Of a DNA stretch of 48,925 nucleotides, positions 46,267 through 48,925 are shown in pieces (the stretch's first letter is position 1; each line of letters opens with the position of its first letter). The DNA lies in the IMG/VR virus record IMGVR_UViG_3300045988_151382; one strand, written 5' to 3'. The notes under the pieces were generated by a model, which did not search any database, was not told the origin of the DNA, and saw only the letters and a program-made list of their open reading frames with translations. Source of the DNA: a virus. Its lineage: Duplodnaviria; Heunggongvirae; Uroviricota; Caudoviricetes. The position numbers were made by a program, and so were the translations under genes.

Positions 46267-46847
46267 CCCTGATTCATCAGCTCTGGCCATACGATATCCG
46301 GAGCTGTACTGGTGTCAATTCTACTCACTAATACTCTGTATTTTCTCCAGGAATCCAGTTGTGAATTTTCCTCGTTTGTTGCTATTTCAAGATTAACTGC
46401 ATCCTGCAGAATTGCGATGTTATCTGTTGCTTCCTGGATCAACCTTGCCTTTTTCTCTTCCGCTTCCCGTATCCGAAACAGTTTTTCTGCTTCCTCATCA
46501 TTCACCCAGGATACGCCGTCCCACTTCTGATACTCCCCTGCTGGCGACAACCAGGTGACATTCTCTGGTAGCGGTCCGAGTTCAGAAATAAACAATGCGT
46601 CCCCCGACGCCACGTCATAGACCGTTTTACCACGATGGTCTTCAACAATATTCCACGATTCATTTTCACTGTTAAAAACTGCCACAAAGCCAGCAGGAAT
46701 TTCCGGTGGGGCGATATCTGTAGAATTAGCTGGCAGCCCTGTATGAGGTGGAATATATGCGTCACCTTCACCAATAAACTCATTAGTTCCGGCCAGCAGG
46801 TTATAAATTTTTACGGTACGTGATTGTTCACTCATTCTGAATGCCAT
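46230..46847 (-). CDS. Tail fiber assembly protein (Tfa)
   Basis: 205 aa; C-terminal [15 protein letters not shown]...WPE motif matches recalled Tfa consensus; immediately downstream of tail fiber gene. Confidence 0.8.
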   Translation of the reverse strand: MAFRMSEQSRTVKIYNLLAGTNEFIGEGDAYIPPHTGLPANSTDIAPPEIPAGFVAVFNSENESWNIVEDHRGKTVYDVASGDALFISELGPLPENVTWLSPAGEYQKWDGVSWVNDEEAEKLFRIREAEEKKARLIQEATDNIAILQDAVNLEIATNEENSQLDSWRKYRVLVSRIDTSTAPDIVWPELMNQGYVREDEQITSD

Positions 46848-48836
46848 TATGCAAGCCTCACAATATAATTAAATGCGATGTTTTTAACGGTGTTTTCCGC
46901 GTTACCAGCAGCGTTAACGGTGATGGTGTGTCCATGTGAACCAATCTTAACAGAGTGCGTATGAGCGCCAATACCAACAGTGTGTGCATGTGCCCCAGCA
47001 CTTGTAGCGGTACCTGATACTGAGTGGGTATGTGCGCCAGAAGAAGGCACAGTTCCATTCCCCACCACCGTGCCACTTGATGAACCATCCAGCCAGTCGA
47101 AATTCATACCGCCACTGTTTGGTCTCCTTAATGGAACGGTATGAGTATGTGCGCCAGCACTATTTGCAGTACCAGATACATTGTGGGTATGTGCACCTGT
47201 GTTATTCGTTGATTTAGTACCGTAATCAAACGACGATGTGGTTTTCGTACCCAAATCCGTACTGGATGCGCTGGCACTGTGGGTGTGCGATTTAATGCCA
47301 TCCTGTTCCTGAGACAATACGGCCCGACCACTGGCGGGTTTGCCCTTGATTGTCCAGCCGCGCATATCTGGAATAACACCAGAAGGATAGGCAATAGCCA
47401 GTTTCGGATATGCTGCCTTATCAAACGTCTGCCCCTGCATGATTGCATAACCTGCAGGTGGCGTATCTGATGGCCACGGCAGCGGAACACCTGGCGGAAA
47501 CGCTTCAATATTTGCCGAGCCGTCAAATTTTACGCCGTTAATTGTCCTTGCCGTTTTCAGCTTTGTTGCTGTAGCAGCATTGCCGGATAGTTCGCCTGAA
47601 AGACCACCGCTGAATGTCTGTTTCGCCATCCATGTCTGAGCTTCGTCGATAATTGGCACACGTCTTGTCGTGATCGTGCGGCTTCCCGGATTTCCTGAAA
47701 TGCGAACCATAAAAAAGCGGTAGTTGGCTTTACTTACAGTGCTGCGCCATACATGCATTGAGCGTCCCGAACCAGAATCATCACTCGGACCGACTGAGAT
47801 GTTTATCAGGTTGCCATCAATGACGCCCCAGTCCATACCGTCGGGAATATTGGTCATGTTATCAAGCCGAACGGTTATCAGACTGCCCGGCACAAAATCG
47901 TAGGTCTGCCAGTCCAGGCTGGTGAGCTTTGCCACAGCACCGCCGATACCCAGATTCAGGGGAAGTGAATACGAGGTGTAGACTTCCCGCCATTCGCTCC
48001 ATGAGCTGCCGGTAAAGACGCGCTCAAAGGTGCGGCCTTTAAGGGTTGTACCTGTTCCGGCAGTTGTATAACGCTGCCATACATTAACACCATCAAACCG
48101 CCTCAACACTTCCAGAATGCCGAGTACAGTCACGCCGTTTCCGTCCAGTACTGGACCGTTGGTCGCTTTACCTGTAACGCTGTAAATACCTGGTGAGGTT
48201 ACATCATTCAAATCACCTTCGTAATAACGACTCTCTGACTGATGACCGACTCTTAACCACGGTTCCCACTGCGGATTTGATGCATCCCAGCTTGCCGCAA
48301 GACAGCGGACATACATATTTCCACGGCGAGTGGTATAACGTTGCGTTCTTCCATAATTTCCGCCTTCGAGGATCTCAAGCATCCCCTGAGCAAAGCCGCC
48401 TTCCTCTGGATAATTGCGTTCATATGAAGCTATAGCTGAGCTACTGTTACGCCATAAACCAAGATGCTCAGCGGCTCCAAGCGTATTCAGGTCTATAGTC
48501 GTACTCAAAGGGCGGGTAGCAGATTGAGTGTGACGCCATACGCCCCACGGACCATCAGTGCCATTCCACTTATTGGCGAGTTTACGCATGTATACATTGC
48601 CGTCTCTCGTGGTAAAGCGTTGCGTACCTGCAAAATGGCCGGCAGCAAAAACCTCAAGCACACCGACAGCATTATCTTCCGGGAAATTTTTCTCCAGTGT
48701 TGCGTTGGTGGATGTTGCTTTAGACCAGATACCTGAATAAGCCTTAACAGGACCAAACGTATTCAGATCAGCATCAAGCGGCATTTCGCCATTGTTTTTC
48801 ATAAACGTCAGGCTGGTAACGCCAACATTGTCCAGA
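46847..48836 (-). CDS. Tail fiber protein, C-terminal portion (continuation of 1..836 across the circular junction)
   Basis: ORF track 46847..48802 is the internal-Met part; frame stays open upstream through 48836 and joins position 1; C-terminus has repeated GAHTH(N/S/T)V His-rich motifs. Confidence 0.75.
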
Positions 48837-48925
48837 AAAGCTGATTTATCCTGGATATCTGCACCGTTCTGATTTTTCGCCAGACGTGAATTTGCGTTGT
48901 CATTTGCTGCCTTGACCGCTTTTGG
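48837..48925. repeat. Terminal overlap: exact copy of window positions 1..89
   Basis: 89 identical bases at both window ends, coding frame preserved across the join. Confidence 0.85.

Noticed and set aside
1-48925. Search for CRISPR arrays, integrase or transposase genes
   Set aside because: No regularly spaced direct repeats, no recombinase-like ORF and no terminal inverted repeats with a transposase were seen.

Overview
The window appears to be a complete circular phage-plasmid genome of about 48.8 kb. Bases 1-89 are identical to 48837-48925, and a long tail-fiber ORF on the minus strand reads in frame across that junction, so the window has been cut inside the tail-fiber gene. Gene content read from the six-frame track and the sequence: a minus-strand late region with a myovirus tail and baseplate (P2/Mu-like gpI, J, W, V, D, X, tape measure, chaperone pair with a TTTTTTG frameshift site, tube, sheath), lambda-like head genes (capsid E-like, decoration D-like, protease/scaffold, portal, gpW, Nu1/A-like terminase), a lysis cassette (two membrane proteins, GH108-type endolysin, Rz/Rz1 spanins) and a tRNA with a CAU anticodon. 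Upstream lie accessory genes: an MT-A70 methyltransferase, two ParB-like paralogs, a ParB-methyltransferase fusion, Ea22-like paralogs, DUF3560, a Q-like antiterminator and a P1 Ref-like HNH protein. The immunity region has a CI-like repressor and divergent Cro-like gene separated by ACCAC-N5-GTGGT operators, followed by a ParA/ParG-like partition pair and an antirepressor preceded by structured RNA with two intrinsic terminators. A plasmid module carries an IncFII-type RepA with a CopA-like antisense RNA and a DnaA box, plus a HigB/HigA-like toxin-antitoxin pair. No integrase was found. The most unusual signals are a ~110-bp promoter-plus-leader cassette present three times, a 17-bp AT-rich motif dispersed at eight loci upstream of genes, the ParB/methyltransferase cluster next to the terminase, and a hexapeptide acetyltransferase inserted beside the tail-fiber genes. 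All functional calls are from motifs and remembered family resemblance; no database search was run, and self-derived coordinates for non-ORF elements may be off by 1-2 nt.
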